Shown here: positions 10,037-19,421 of the stretch, piece by piece | Position numbering within the stretch: the stretch's first letter is position 1 | How the letters are laid out: every line of letters starts with the position of its first letter | Assembly: GCA_049322915.1 (NCBI GenBank) | Contig: JBMOPW010000020.1 | Span: forward strand, 64,001-128,000 | DNA length: 64,000 nucleotides | Origin: Candidatus Zhuqueibacterota bacterium | Lineage (GTDB): Bacteria; Zhuqueibacterota; Zhuqueibacteria; Thermofontimicrobiales; Thermofontimicrobiaceae | Reading direction: 5' to 3' | Position numbers and translations under genes: made by a program | Notes under the pieces: model-generated | What the model was told of the DNA's origin: nothing | The model's database searches: none | The model's input: only the letters and a program-made list of their open reading frames with translations

Positions 10037-10178
10037 GCTCGAAGTCACCAAGCTACAAAGTTACACGAAGATGTCATTTTATTCGTTCTTATTTTGTGCA
10101 ATTCATTTTTCTAAACCACGTTCAGCTTTTCTGAATCGATAATTCAGATGCATTTTTTTCTTCGCGACTTTGCGTGAT
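10037..10178. mobile_element. MITE-like hairpin repeat (uninterrupted copy)
   Basis: Closely matches 24191-24305 plus 24471-24505; internal inverted repeat AAAGTTACACGAAG..CTTCGCGACTTT. Confidence 0.7.
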
Positions 10179-10370
10179 AGATGGACTTTGGAGCCGTTCC
10201 TGAAGAAGAAGGAACAATTCGAAAAACCGGGCGTGAATTGAACATCTGAAAAAAACGCGTCCGTCGGAAGTCAGGGCGCCCAGGCCGGACAACCAGTTTC
10301 GGCAGCAGCCGAGGCGTTTCATCCGACGAATGTCCGGGATCATCCAACGAAAAAAATCTGGAGAACCACA

Positions 10371-11360
10371 ATGCACCCATTCATCCGAAACACCATACTG
10401 AACCTGATCCTTGTGAGCGTCATCTTTGGCGTCATGCCGGCGCTGGCGGTCGGGACGCTGCAGCAGGGAATTGACCTGTTCAACGACCGCAAATTCCCGG
10501 AGGCGAAACAGATTTTCGAATCGGTTTTCAAACAGGATCCGCGCAACGCTGCGGCGGCGTTCTACCTCGGCCGCATTTCGCTGGTGCAGGATAATTACGA
10601 GGATTCCATCGACTGGCTGGAAAAGGCCATTGACATTGACGCTGCCAATTCCGATTACCACGTCTGGCTGGGGCATGCCTACGGCGTCAAGGCGCAGCGC
10701 GCCAGTATGTTGAAAAAGGCCGGGGCGGCCAAAAATGTGAAAAAGGAATACGAAAAAGCGGTGGAGCTGAATCCGGACAATGTGCAGGCGCGGTTCGGAT
10801 TGCTGCAATACCACATGATGGCCCCGGGAATCATGGGCGGCGACAAGGACGCGGGTCGCGCCCAGGCAGCGGAAATCCGCAAACGAGACGCGGCGCTGGG
10901 GCATCAGGCGCAGGGGCTGGTCCATGAAATGGATAAGAAACCGGACCTGGCCGAGCAGGAGTATCTGGCCATGGCGGCGGAGCATCCGGACAGCCTGCAA
11001 TTTCAGTACCAGTTGGGAGCTTTCTACAAGCGAACTAAAAGCTACGCCAAAGCCATCGGCGTGTATGAGAAGATCATCGCCCGGAAGTCGGACGAATACG
11101 TGGCCTATTTTCAGATCGGCCAGGTCTGCGCCGAGAGCGGGGAAAATTTGCAGTCCGGCGAGCTGATGATGAAGAAATATTTTGAAGCGGCGCCAGCCGA
11201 CGCCGGCGTGCGAATGGGCTATGGCCATTATGTGCTCGGTCTGATTTATCAAAAAGGAGGCAGGCAAGACCAGGCGCGGGCTGAGTTCACCCAGGCGCTG
11301 CAATTGAATCCGAATTTGAAAAGAGCCAAAGAGGCGCTGGATGAATTGAATAAGCAATGA
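10371..11360 (+). CDS. Secreted tetratricopeptide repeat protein
   Basis: Signal peptide and multiple TPR motifs; APGIMGGD motif. Confidence 0.88.
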   Translation: MHPFIRNTILNLILVSVIFGVMPALAVGTLQQGIDLFNDRKFPEAKQIFESVFKQDPRNAAAAFYLGRISLVQDNYEDSIDWLEKAIDIDAANSDYHVWLGHAYGVKAQRASMLKKAGAAKNVKKEYEKAVELNPDNVQARFGLLQYHMMAPGIMGGDKDAGRAQAAEIRKRDAALGHQAQGLVHEMDKKPDLAEQEYLAMAAEHPDSLQFQYQLGAFYKRTKSYAKAIGVYEKIIARKSDEYVAYFQIGQVCAESGENLQSGELMMKKYFEAAPADAGVRMGYGHYVLGLIYQKGGRQDQARAEFTQALQLNPNLKRAKEALDELNKQ

Positions 11361-11512
11361 AGCAGGCGAGGCGCGCCAACCGATCGTTCGGAATGTTCAT
11401 CCTGAACGACGCCCTCTTCGGGAACATACGTTCCAATCCATTTTCCGCGCTGGATAAATATCCAGCGCGATCGTGTGGCTATCTGACAATGAAAGGTGAT
11501 ACAAGTTCAACC

Positions 11513-13849
11513 ATGGTGTTAAAAAAAAATCTCCGGTTCGCTCTGTTCGTTCTCTTTCTCATCTTCCCATTCATTGCCCGCGGGCAAAATGCTTCCTCGC
11601 TGTACGGGTTTCAGACGCACTTCGGCCAGTTCTATCGTGCGGATATGGATTCCGCGCATCGGGAGCAGATGCTGGATCTGGTGCAGCACGCCGGCTTTGC
11701 CATGATTCGCGACGAATGCTACTGGGCCGAGGTCGAGACGCAGCCGGGCGTTTACGCGTTTCCGGCGGCCATTGATGACTATGTCGACGCAGCCAAACGC
11801 CGCGGGATCGATGTGTTGCTCATTCTCAATTACAACAATCCGCTCTATGCCGCCCACGCCGGTTCGGCCGTGACGTCCGATTCCAATCGCGCCGCTTTTG
11901 CCCGTTATTGCCGGCAGGCAGTGCAGCGGTATCGCCTGCGGGGCGTGACCCATTACGAAATCTGGAACGAGCCCAATAATCCGCAGTTCTGGGATCCGCA
12001 GCCGGACGCTGCCGACTATGCCGCGCTGTTGCATGTCGTGTATCCGGCCATCAAAGCCGTGGATTCGACGGTGACGGTCATTGCCGGGGCCATGTCTCCG
12101 GCCGAGGGGAATCCGCCGCCGTACATCGATTGGCTCACGTTCATTTCGCGGGTGTATCAGCATGGCGGCGCTGAATTTCTGGACGCGGTCTCCTTCCACT
12201 ACTACAGCGTGGACGTCGCGCCGGAGTCCAAATTTCTCAATGACGTTCAGAAATTGCAGGCCATTGTCGGCGAGGACACGCCATTCTGGCTCACGGAATT
12301 CGGCTATCCCACGCACAGCGGCTGGCCCAATATTACGGTGCAAAAACAGGCGAACTACGCCGCCCGTCTGTTTTTACTGGGCAAATCGGTGAAGTCCCTG
12401 CAGCGCATCTTTTTCTACGATTTGAAAAATGACGGGGAGAATCCCGCGGATGCGGAACACAATTTTGGCGCGCTGAATTTTGACATGACGCCCAAGCCGG
12501 CCTATCACGCGCTGAAGGGACTGGCGACCACTGTCGCGGACCTGCCGGCGGAGTCATTGGAGTTCGGGAATAATGTCTATCGCGCCTATTTCGCCAGTGA
12601 TTCGGCCTGGGTGACAGCGGCCTGGCGGGCCGCCGGGGAATCGGAAGAGACTGTTCCAATTCCTGGTTCGGAGTACGGGCTGATCGACCGCGATGGCGCG
12701 CGGGTGGGCTACGGAATCACGAATCAAAATCAGGTGACGCTGCGGCTATCGGAACAACCGCAGTACCTGACGTCTCTGCCAGCCGCACCGGCGCTGGTCG
12801 CGCTTCAGGTGCTGCCGGAGAAAGCCATTTTGTTCCCGGGGCAAACTGCGCCGCTGGTCATCACAGCAACTGCTGCGGACGGGCTGCCTGTTTCATTTTC
12901 AGAGTCCGTGGTCAATGTCAGACTGGAAGGCGATGGCGGCCGGCTCGATGGCGAGGCGTTTCTCGCTGAAGCGCCGGGTCGTGCCAAAATCATCGCCGAC
13001 TATCGCGGATTGGCCGATACCGCCATCGTCGATGTGGTGCCGCCGGGGAATATTCGGATGGACGATTTTTCGGACCTCACCGGCTGGCAGGTGGATGTGA
13101 TGAATCTGGACAGCAGCGGGACGTTCATCCGGCGCTGCGACTCGCTCGCTTCTGAGGGCGGTTCCAGCGCCAGGCTGGCGTATCGATTCGTGTACAAATC
13201 CGGCATTCACAAGAGCAAATACCAGGTCCACTTGTTGCATCGCATTCCTGTGCCCGGCGCGCCGGACACGCTGCTCATTGATGTCCGCGGCAATGGTCAG
13301 CCCATTCGGTTCGAGTTTTATTTTGAAAATATCCGCGGCGACGAGATCAAAGAATCTGCATTTGACCAGCCGGCAACCTGGCAGGATGAATGGCGGCCGG
13401 TGAAAATTCTGGCGCAGAAATTTATCGGCAAGATTGAATTTCCCATCTTCCTCAGTAAAATCGTCGTCTACATTGTGCAGGATGGCGCGGTCAATGACAG
13501 CACCTATCACGGCGAGATCTTTCTGGATAATCTCCGCGTCTCCCTGGAGGGCGCTGCTGCTGCGCCGGCGTCGCTGCCGGAATCGCTGAAATTTCAACTC
13601 CACCAGAATTATCCCAATCCGTTCAATCCCAATACCACGGTCCGCTATTCGGTCGCCAGCGACTCCCACGTGACCCTGTCGATTTTGAATCTGTTGGGAC
13701 AGCGCGTGTGCACGCTGGTCGATGACTGGCGCGCGGCAGGGGAATATCAGGTTCAGTTCGATGCTGCGGCATTCGCTGCCGGCATGTATGTGTACAGGCT
13801 GGACGCCGGCGAGCTGCGGCAGATCAGAAAAATGATCATTTTAAAATAA
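11513..13849 (+). CDS. Secreted clan GH-A glycoside hydrolase (GH5/GH39-like) with Ig-like/CBM-like domains and C-terminal sorting domain
   Basis: Signal peptide; YEIWNEPN and WLTEFG catalytic motifs; C-terminal LHQNYPNPFNP...KMIILK. Confidence 0.82.
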   Translation: MVLKKNLRFALFVLFLIFPFIARGQNASSLYGFQTHFGQFYRADMDSAHREQMLDLVQHAGFAMIRDECYWAEVETQPGVYAFPAAIDDYVDAAKRRGIDVLLILNYNNPLYAAHAGSAVTSDSNRAAFARYCRQAVQRYRLRGVTHYEIWNEPNNPQFWDPQPDAADYAALLHVVYPAIKAVDSTVTVIAGAMSPAEGNPPPYIDWLTFISRVYQHGGAEFLDAVSFHYYSVDVAPESKFLNDVQKLQAIVGEDTPFWLTEFGYPTHSGWPNITVQKQANYAARLFLLGKSVKSLQRIFFYDLKNDGENPADAEHNFGALNFDMTPKPAYHALKGLATTVADLPAESLEFGNNVYRAYFASDSAWVTAAWRAAGESEETVPIPGSEYGLIDRDGARVGYGITNQNQVTLRLSEQPQYLTSLPAAPALVALQVLPEKAILFPGQTAPLVITATAADGLPVSFSESVVNVRLEGDGGRLDGEAFLAEAPGRAKIIADYRGLADTAIVDVVPPGNIRMDDFSDLTGWQVDVMNLDSSGTFIRRCDSLASEGGSSARLAYRFVYKSGIHKSKYQVHLLHRIPVPGAPDTLLIDVRGNGQPIRFEFYFENIRGDEIKESAFDQPATWQDEWRPVKILAQKFIGKIEFPIFLSKIVVYIVQDGAVNDSTYHGEIFLDNLRVSLEGAAAAPASLPESLKFQLHQNYPNPFNPNTTVRYSVASDSHVTLSILNLLGQRVCTLVDDWRAAGEYQVQFDAAAFAAGMYVYRLDAGELRQIRKMIILK

Positions 13850-13877
13850 TGGAATGAATGAACAGAGCGAGTCGACA

Positions 13878-14855
13878 ATGGCTGAAGAATTATTGAGCGT
13901 GCGAAATTTAAAGACCTATTTCTACACATCCGACGGCATAGCGCGCGCGGTGGATGACGTGAGCTGGAGCGTGAATGCCGGGGAGACCATCGGGCTGGTG
14001 GGCGAATCCGGGTGCGGCAAAAGCGTGACCGCGCTCTCGGTGCTGCGGCTGATCCCGGAGCCGCCGGGTCGAATCGAGTCCGGGGAAATCGTATTCCGCG
14101 GGAAGAATTTACTCGACCTTCCCCTGGAGGAAATGCGGAAAATCCGCGGCAACGAAATCTCCATGATCTTTCAGGAGCCGATGACCTCGCTGAATCCGGT
14201 GTTCACCATCGGCGCGCAAATCATGGAAGTGATTCAATTGCATCAGGGATTGAAGAAGAAAGACGCGCGGGACAAGGCAATCGACATGCTGCGGCGGGTG
14301 GGCATTCCCTCGCCGGAGCGCCGCGTGTCCGAGTATCCCCACGAATTGAGCGGCGGCATGAAACAGCGCGCCATGATCGCCATGGCCCTCTCGTGCAATC
14401 CCAGCGTCCTCATTGCCGATGAACCGACCACGGCGCTGGACGTCACCATTCAGGCCCAGATTCTCGATTTGATGCTCAAAATGAAGGAGGAATTCGGCAC
14501 GGCCATTGTCCTGATTACGCACGATCTGGGCGTTGTGGCAGAGACCGTCCAGAAAGTGGTGGTGATGTACGCCGGGAAAGTGGTGGAGGAAGGCTCGGTG
14601 GAGGTCATTTTTGAACGACCCAAACACCCGTACACTCAGGGGCTGCTGAACTCCCTGCCCAAACTTGATGTTGTGGCGAACCGCAAACAGCGATTGAATA
14701 CCATCCCCGGCATGGTGCCCAGCCTGTACGATTTGCCGCGGGGCTGCAATTTCTCGCCGCGGTGCAGCCAAGCCGTGGATGTCTGCCGCGAATCCCGGCC
14801 TGAATTGCGCGAGATCGAAGCCGGCCATACGGTTCGCTGCTGGCTAGCGGAATAA
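13878..14855 (+). CDS. Oligopeptide/dipeptide ABC transporter ATPase (OppD/DppD)
   Basis: [34 protein letters not shown] and C-terminal Cys cluster. Confidence 0.93.
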   Translation: MAEELLSVRNLKTYFYTSDGIARAVDDVSWSVNAGETIGLVGESGCGKSVTALSVLRLIPEPPGRIESGEIVFRGKNLLDLPLEEMRKIRGNEISMIFQEPMTSLNPVFTIGAQIMEVIQLHQGLKKKDARDKAIDMLRRVGIPSPERRVSEYPHELSGGMKQRAMIAMALSCNPSVLIADEPTTALDVTIQAQILDLMLKMKEEFGTAIVLITHDLGVVAETVQKVVVMYAGKVVEEGSVEVIFERPKHPYTQGLLNSLPKLDVVANRKQRLNTIPGMVPSLYDLPRGCNFSPRCSQAVDVCRESRPELREIEAGHTVRCWLAE

Positions 14856-14957
14856 TTCCGGCCAGGTATGGGCGTTCCGGCGAAACAGAGTATGAATGTG
14901 GCAATTGTCCCGGATCGTCGCCGGGAGTTGGCCGGATTCGAATCAAATGGAGGCGTC

Positions 14958-15377
14958 ATGAAAATTTACTTTTCCGGGTCCATCAGCGGTGGACGGAATT
15001 TTTTGCACAGCTACAAGGAGATTGTCCGGCATCTGAAACAGACCGGTCACGAGGTCCTGTCGGAGCACATTGTGCTGGATAGCGTGTTGGATTCCGAGAA
15101 CCGGCTCTCGCCGCAGCAGATTTACGAGCGCGACATCGATTTCCTCAACAACTGCGACGCCGTCATTGCCGAAGTATCCAATCCCTCGCTGGGCGTTGGC
15201 TACGAGCTCTGCTACGCAGTGGATCATGATATTCCGGCGTTGTGTCTTTACCAGCCCGGCATTTTTGTCAGCCGCATGATCATCGGCAATACTTCGCCCC
15301 GATTCGCCACGATTGAATACAGCAATGAGGACGAGCTGTACGCTGCTATCGATACATTTCTGCGCGAGCAACAGTAG
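14958..15377 (+). CDS. Nucleoside 2-deoxyribosyltransferase / DNPH1(Rcl)-like N-glycosidase
   Basis: KIYFSGSISGGR, IYERD, AEVSNPSLGVGYE, SRMI.G motifs. Confidence 0.88.
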   Translation: MKIYFSGSISGGRNFLHSYKEIVRHLKQTGHEVLSEHIVLDSVLDSENRLSPQQIYERDIDFLNNCDAVIAEVSNPSLGVGYELCYAVDHDIPALCLYQPGIFVSRMIIGNTSPRFATIEYSNEDELYAAIDTFLREQQ

Positions 15378-15413
15378 CGCCCTTCCTGACGCATGAAAAT
15401 TTACCTCTCCGAG

Positions 15414-15442
15414 CACACGATTTTTTCAAAGTCTGTGTCTAA
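15414..15442 (+). promoter_or_regulatory. Putative ECF-sigma promoter upstream of the sigma gene
   Basis: CACACGATTT-N10-TGTGTCTAA, repeated with identical spacing at 16077. Confidence 0.6.
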
Positions 15443-15493
15443 TGAATAAGTGGAAAGACCTGATATTGAACCGCGATTAGCATCGAGGGATAT

Positions 15494-16069
15494 TTGCAGG
15501 AACACGAACTGGTCAAAAACATACAGGCAGGAGATATTCGCGCCTTCAAAATGCTGTTCGAAAATTACCATTCGAATGTGTTCAACCTTTGCCTGAAACT
15601 GGTGGGCAATCGCGTCGAAGCCGAAGACTTGTGCCAGGATATTTTCATCAAAATTTACCAGTCCATCGATAATTTCGAGTTCAAGGCGAAGTTATCCACG
15701 TGGATTTACCGCATTGCGGTGAACGTGTGCCTGAACCATCAGCGAAGCAAGAAGCGCGTGCAATTCCTGCGGCTCGACCATAGGGGATCGGAGCGCTGCA
15801 CCGACGTGTTCGACCTGCTCGTGAATCCGCCGGGCGAGCAACCGGACGTCTCCCTGGAGCAGAAGGAAAAGGAGAAAATCGTCTGGGACGCGATTCACTC
15901 GCTCCCGGAGAGTCAGCGGCTGGTGCTGATTTTACAGCGGTATGAGGGGCTGTCGTGCGAACAGATGGCGCAGGTGCTCCGGTCGTCGGTCTCGTCGGTG
16001 CAGTCGCGGCTGTTCCGGGCCAAGGAGAATTTGGCAAAAAAATTATTACCCTATCTGGATAAAATTTGA
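15494..16069 (+). CDS. ECF RNA polymerase sigma-70 factor
   Basis: AEDLCQDIF, STWIYRIAVN, region 4 VQSRLFRAK; TTG start after a GAGG RBS. Confidence 0.93.
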   Translation: MQEHELVKNIQAGDIRAFKMLFENYHSNVFNLCLKLVGNRVEAEDLCQDIFIKIYQSIDNFEFKAKLSTWIYRIAVNVCLNHQRSKKRVQFLRLDHRGSERCTDVFDLLVNPPGEQPDVSLEQKEKEKIVWDAIHSLPESQRLVLILQRYEGLSCEQMAQVLRSSVSSVQSRLFRAKENLAKKLLPYLDKI

Positions 16070-16076
16070 AAATGTC

Positions 16077-16105
16077 CGCATGTTTTAGAACGCAGGTGTG
16101 TCTAA
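16077..16105 (+). promoter_or_regulatory. Putative internal ECF-sigma promoter upstream of the anti-sigma gene
   Basis: CGCATGTTTT-N10-TGTGTCTAA. Confidence 0.6.
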
Positions 16106-16128
16106 TTCATGAGAGGAGTTGAAAGACA

Positions 16129-16623
16129 ATGAAATGCAACGTTGTTCAAACCAGGCTGCTGCGGTTTCTGGATGGTGAATTGTCTGAATCGGAGCAGCGC
16201 GCCATCACACAGCATGTCCGGAACTGCGAGCAGTGTTCCGCTAGATTGGACAAGTTGACCGGGGTGTGGCGCAGTCAATGCCCGCTTCGCGCCGTCGAAG
16301 CGGATCAATTTGCCTGGCAAAAGCTGTACATCAGAATTTCCGCGCTCGAAGAGCCCCAACCGCGCGGCCGCCTTCATCAGCGATTGGTGAATCTGGCCCT
16401 GGCCGGCGGGCTGGCCATGCTCTTTCTGCTGGGCGTCGTGACCGGCATTTATCTCGGAACAGACCCGCAGTTGGTCTCGGAGCTTTCCATCGCTGAAGCG
16501 ACGGCCGAAGAGCAGTTCGTCAGCATGGTTCACATCGACAGTTTTCAGGATGCGCCGCCGGGATCATTGGGGAGTTTTTACATGGCGGTTTCGACGGATG
16601 ACCAATGGCGAGGTGCGCGATGA
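16129..16623 (+). CDS. Zinc-finger (zf-HC2) anti-sigma factor
   Basis: HVRNCEQC (HxxxCxxC) followed by one TM helix. Confidence 0.88.
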   Translation: MKCNVVQTRLLRFLDGELSESEQRAITQHVRNCEQCSARLDKLTGVWRSQCPLRAVEADQFAWQKLYIRISALEEPQPRGRLHQRLVNLALAGGLAMLFLLGVVTGIYLGTDPQLVSELSIAEATAEEQFVSMVHIDSFQDAPPGSLGSFYMAVSTDDQWRGAR

Positions 16624-17156
16624 AAAAAGTATGGCTCATCGCATTGATCCTGCTGCTCGTCATTAATCTGTCTGCGTTTGTAACCATGACTTACAACCGG
16701 TTAAATTATCGAAAATGCCAGATGGCCGGCGCCGGAGAAACCGGCGGGATTTACCTGTGTCAGGAATTGTGCCTGAATTCGAATCAGGTGGAAAAGGTCA
16801 AAACGATTCGTCGGGCGTTTTCGACGCAGTCCGATGAAATCACGTTGCCGCTGCAACAGAGACGCGCGGAATTGGTGCAGTTACTGGCTCAGACGCCGAC
16901 CGACAGCGTCCGCATTTTCGCAGTCGCCGCGACCATCGATTCGCTGCAAGGCGAATTGCACCGGCAGGTGATTCAGTATTTGCTCAAAGAAAAAGAGGTG
17001 TTCTCTCCGGATCAGCAGCAGAAGTTCTTTTCGCTGATCGAGGCGCGGTTGAATTGTCCGGCCGGACACCATTCCAGCCAGCAATTGAATTTGATGGATA
17101 GCTGCGCTGAACAATGTGATACAACGACTAAATGCCCCATAAATAAAACTGAATGA
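16620..17156 (+). CDS. Spy/CpxP-like periplasmic (heavy-metal sensor) protein
   Basis: N-terminal TM LLLVINLS; LCLNSNQ and FSPDQQQKF LTXXQ-like motifs. Confidence 0.8.
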   Translation: MKKVWLIALILLLVINLSAFVTMTYNRLNYRKCQMAGAGETGGIYLCQELCLNSNQVEKVKTIRRAFSTQSDEITLPLQQRRAELVQLLAQTPTDSVRIFAVAATIDSLQGELHRQVIQYLLKEKEVFSPDQQQKFFSLIEARLNCPAGHHSSQQLNLMDSCAEQCDTTTKCPINKTE

Positions 17157-17173
17157 GAGGAGGTGAAATTCCC

Positions 17174-17530
17174 ATGAAAAAGTACTTCGCGATTGGTATA
17201 CTCGTTCTGACTTTGATCGTCCTGGTTGGATTTGTAGTGCTGAGCAACGGGCCGGATACGGCGGTTTCTCAGACCGAAGAGGTTGCTGTCAAACAAGCTG
17301 ACCAGAAGGCGCCGGATAAATGCGGCGACAATTGTGAAAACTGCCCTGAAAAAGTGGCGGGCGAATGCAAAGGTCACGATGTCGAAGCTGCCGATTGTCC
17401 GGCAAATTGTCCCGGCGACGAAAAATGCACCGAGCACGGCAAAGCCCACGAGAAAGGCTCCAAAGAATGTCAGGACCTGAAAGCGGCCGGTAAATGTCCC
17501 CATAAATGCCCGGGTCATAAAACCGAATAA
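17174..17530 (+). CDS. Exported Cys/His-rich protein
   Basis: GGAGG RBS, N-terminal TM, repeated CxxxC motifs. Confidence 0.75.
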   Translation: MKKYFAIGILVLTLIVLVGFVVLSNGPDTAVSQTEEVAVKQADQKAPDKCGDNCENCPEKVAGECKGHDVEAADCPANCPGDEKCTEHGKAHEKGSKECQDLKAAGKCPHKCPGHKTE

Positions 17531-17555
17531 CCATTTTTGGACAGCGTAACCAAGC

Positions 17556-17594
17556 AGGGAGAAGGTAGATGTTATCTTCTCCCTTTTTATTTTT
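17556..17594 (+). terminator. Rho-independent terminator
   Basis: AGGGAGAAGGTA..TATCTTCTCCCT stem followed by a T-rich tail. Confidence 0.8.
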
Positions 17595-17691
17595 GGGCAG
17601 AAAAAAAGGCCTCGCGATGAAACTAATTCCCTCCGGCGTAGTTTTGAAATAAAATCATTTTCACAGTGAACATGACCGAAGGGAACATTGC

Positions 17692-18081
17692 ATGGAATTT
17701 TACGAAGACCGCGACGCGATGATGAATGCAGTCCAAACTGCCTATAAAAAGATGCTGGCGCAGGATGACTTTCAGAAAACCGTGGGCAATCTGGGCGCGA
17801 CATTTGGGATGAGCATCACCGATCTCACCATCGATTGGCTGGTGACGTGCCGCGATGGAAAGGTGCTTTGGGAAGAGCGACGCGGAGAAGAGGCCGATCT
17901 GTCGTTTGCTTTTAAAAGCGGGAAGGATTTTTACGAGGCGTTCATGGAGAAACAGTCGCCGATGTATTTCATCATGACCGGAAAGCTGAAAATTTCCGGG
18001 GATATGCAGTTCACGAATAAATTGCTGGAGTTGGCCCGACCGCTGCAGCAGGCGTTTCAGGAAGCCGCTCAGGTGAACTGA
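17692..18081 (+). CDS. SCP2 sterol/lipid-binding domain protein
   Basis: ADLSF...SPMYFIMTGKLKISGDM SCP2 signature. Confidence 0.78.
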   Translation: MEFYEDRDAMMNAVQTAYKKMLAQDDFQKTVGNLGATFGMSITDLTIDWLVTCRDGKVLWEERRGEEADLSFAFKSGKDFYEAFMEKQSPMYFIMTGKLKISGDMQFTNKLLELARPLQQAFQEAAQVN

Positions 18082-18252
18082 CATCGCGCGTCCTCCCGTC
18101 GAAAGACCGCCCGGGATGATGGGAGTCCCTGACGCCGGAACACAGGTGCGTGACAGGCAGCGCTGTTGGGAACCCTGCAACGGTGAGGGATTGGAGAGCG
18201 GATGGCGCGAGTTCGTGCCGAAATTCCCGAACCGGCAGCGGGAAATTTAGGC

Positions 18253-18281
18253 TTGATTTTGAACAAATTGTTTCGTATGTT
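18253..18281 (+). promoter_or_regulatory. Sigma70-type promoter of dcd
   Basis: TTGATT-17 bp-TATGTT. Confidence 0.5.
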
Positions 18282-18328
18282 TAACATCATTTTGTGAATT
18301 AGCAACGGTTACCTACGAGGAATTTAGT

Positions 18329-18874
18329 ATGATTATTTCTGATGTGACATTGAACGAGTATTTGAAATCCGGGAAATTGGTGGTTGACCCGCTGGACGAA
18401 ATGCAGGTGCAGCCGGCGTCAATCGATTTGAGACTGGGCAATCACTACCTGAAAATTGCGGAGCATCGAACCGCAATTCTGGATCTGGTGAATAAGCCGG
18501 AGTATGATGAGATCATTCAAAATGAGGTGGTCATTCCGCCCCATTCGTTTTTGCTGGCCACGACGAAAGAGTACGTGAAGCTGCCGGATGACCTGACAGC
18601 ATTCGTCGAGGGCCGAAGCTCCATCGGCCGGCTGGGACTGTTCATCCAGAACTCCGGCTGGGTCGATCCGGGTTTTGAAGGCGAGATCACCATTGAGTTA
18701 TTCAATGCCAATATTCTACCCATTAAATTGATATCCGGCGTGCGAATCTGCCAACTGGTCTTTGCCCAGTTGGATAAGCGGGCTGCCAAACCATACCGCG
18801 GAAAATATCAGGGACAGCGCAAGGCGACCGGCAGCCGCGTGGTCGAGGATAGCGACATCAAATTGCTCTTCTGA
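18329..18874 (+). CDS. dcd: dCTP deaminase
   Basis: QPASIDLRLG, EGRSSIGRLG, VDPGFEGEITIEL, YRGKYQGQ. Confidence 0.95.
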   Translation: MIISDVTLNEYLKSGKLVVDPLDEMQVQPASIDLRLGNHYLKIAEHRTAILDLVNKPEYDEIIQNEVVIPPHSFLLATTKEYVKLPDDLTAFVEGRSSIGRLGLFIQNSGWVDPGFEGEITIELFNANILPIKLISGVRICQLVFAQLDKRAAKPYRGKYQGQRKATGSRVVEDSDIKLLF

Positions 18875-18965
18875 CAAACCAGGCGTTGGCGCCGGCTATT
18901 TCGATTCCCGCCGGAATGCGCGCGCCGGATGAATGCAGTGAGGACAAAATCAAAGGAGAAAGACG

Positions 18966-19394
18966 ATGGATTACATTTTTCCGAAAATGACCATGCTGAT
19001 CGTTGTCGGTATAATGATGATTCTGGGGGGCCTGTTCATCATGTCGCTGGCCAGAGCCGGGGCGATGAGCATCAAGGCGCAGCAAGTTGTCCTCAAAGTA
19101 CCGATGTACAAAGAAAAGAGAATCCCGGCCAGCCAGGTGAAAGAAGCGCGGATTGTGGAATTGAAAAAAGGCAGCGACTATTACCCGGTCGCCAAGAAAT
19201 CCGGCTCGGCGGTCAGAAATTTCCGCAGCGGCTGGTTCAAACTCAGGAACAAAGAAAAAGCCTTCCTGCTCGTTGAAGGCAAGCAGGCTATTTACCTGAA
19301 AACCCAGGCCGGCGATGTGTTTATGATTGGCATCAACGACTTCGATCGGCTGGTGGAGGTGTATCGTCATGAAATTGGCCAGTTAGCCAGGTAA
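18966..19394 (+). CDS. Bacterial PH-domain membrane protein
   Basis: N-terminal TM; GWFKLRNKEKAFL motif typical of bPH families. Confidence 0.65.
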   Translation: MDYIFPKMTMLIVVGIMMILGGLFIMSLARAGAMSIKAQQVVLKVPMYKEKRIPASQVKEARIVELKKGSDYYPVAKKSGSAVRNFRSGWFKLRNKEKAFLLVEGKQAIYLKTQAGDVFMIGINDFDRLVEVYRHEIGQLAR

Positions 19395-19421
19395 TCACTC
19401 ACTCATCTTTTCAATCGCGAT

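Noticed and set aside
10122..11357. 411-aa minus-strand ORF
   Set aside because: Antisense shadow of the TPR gene; no recognisable motifs
18084..18240. Cobalamin, ykkC, Moco, FMN or fluoride riboswitch assignment
   Set aside because: Only short partial motif matches; none has the full consensus order or a suitable downstream gene
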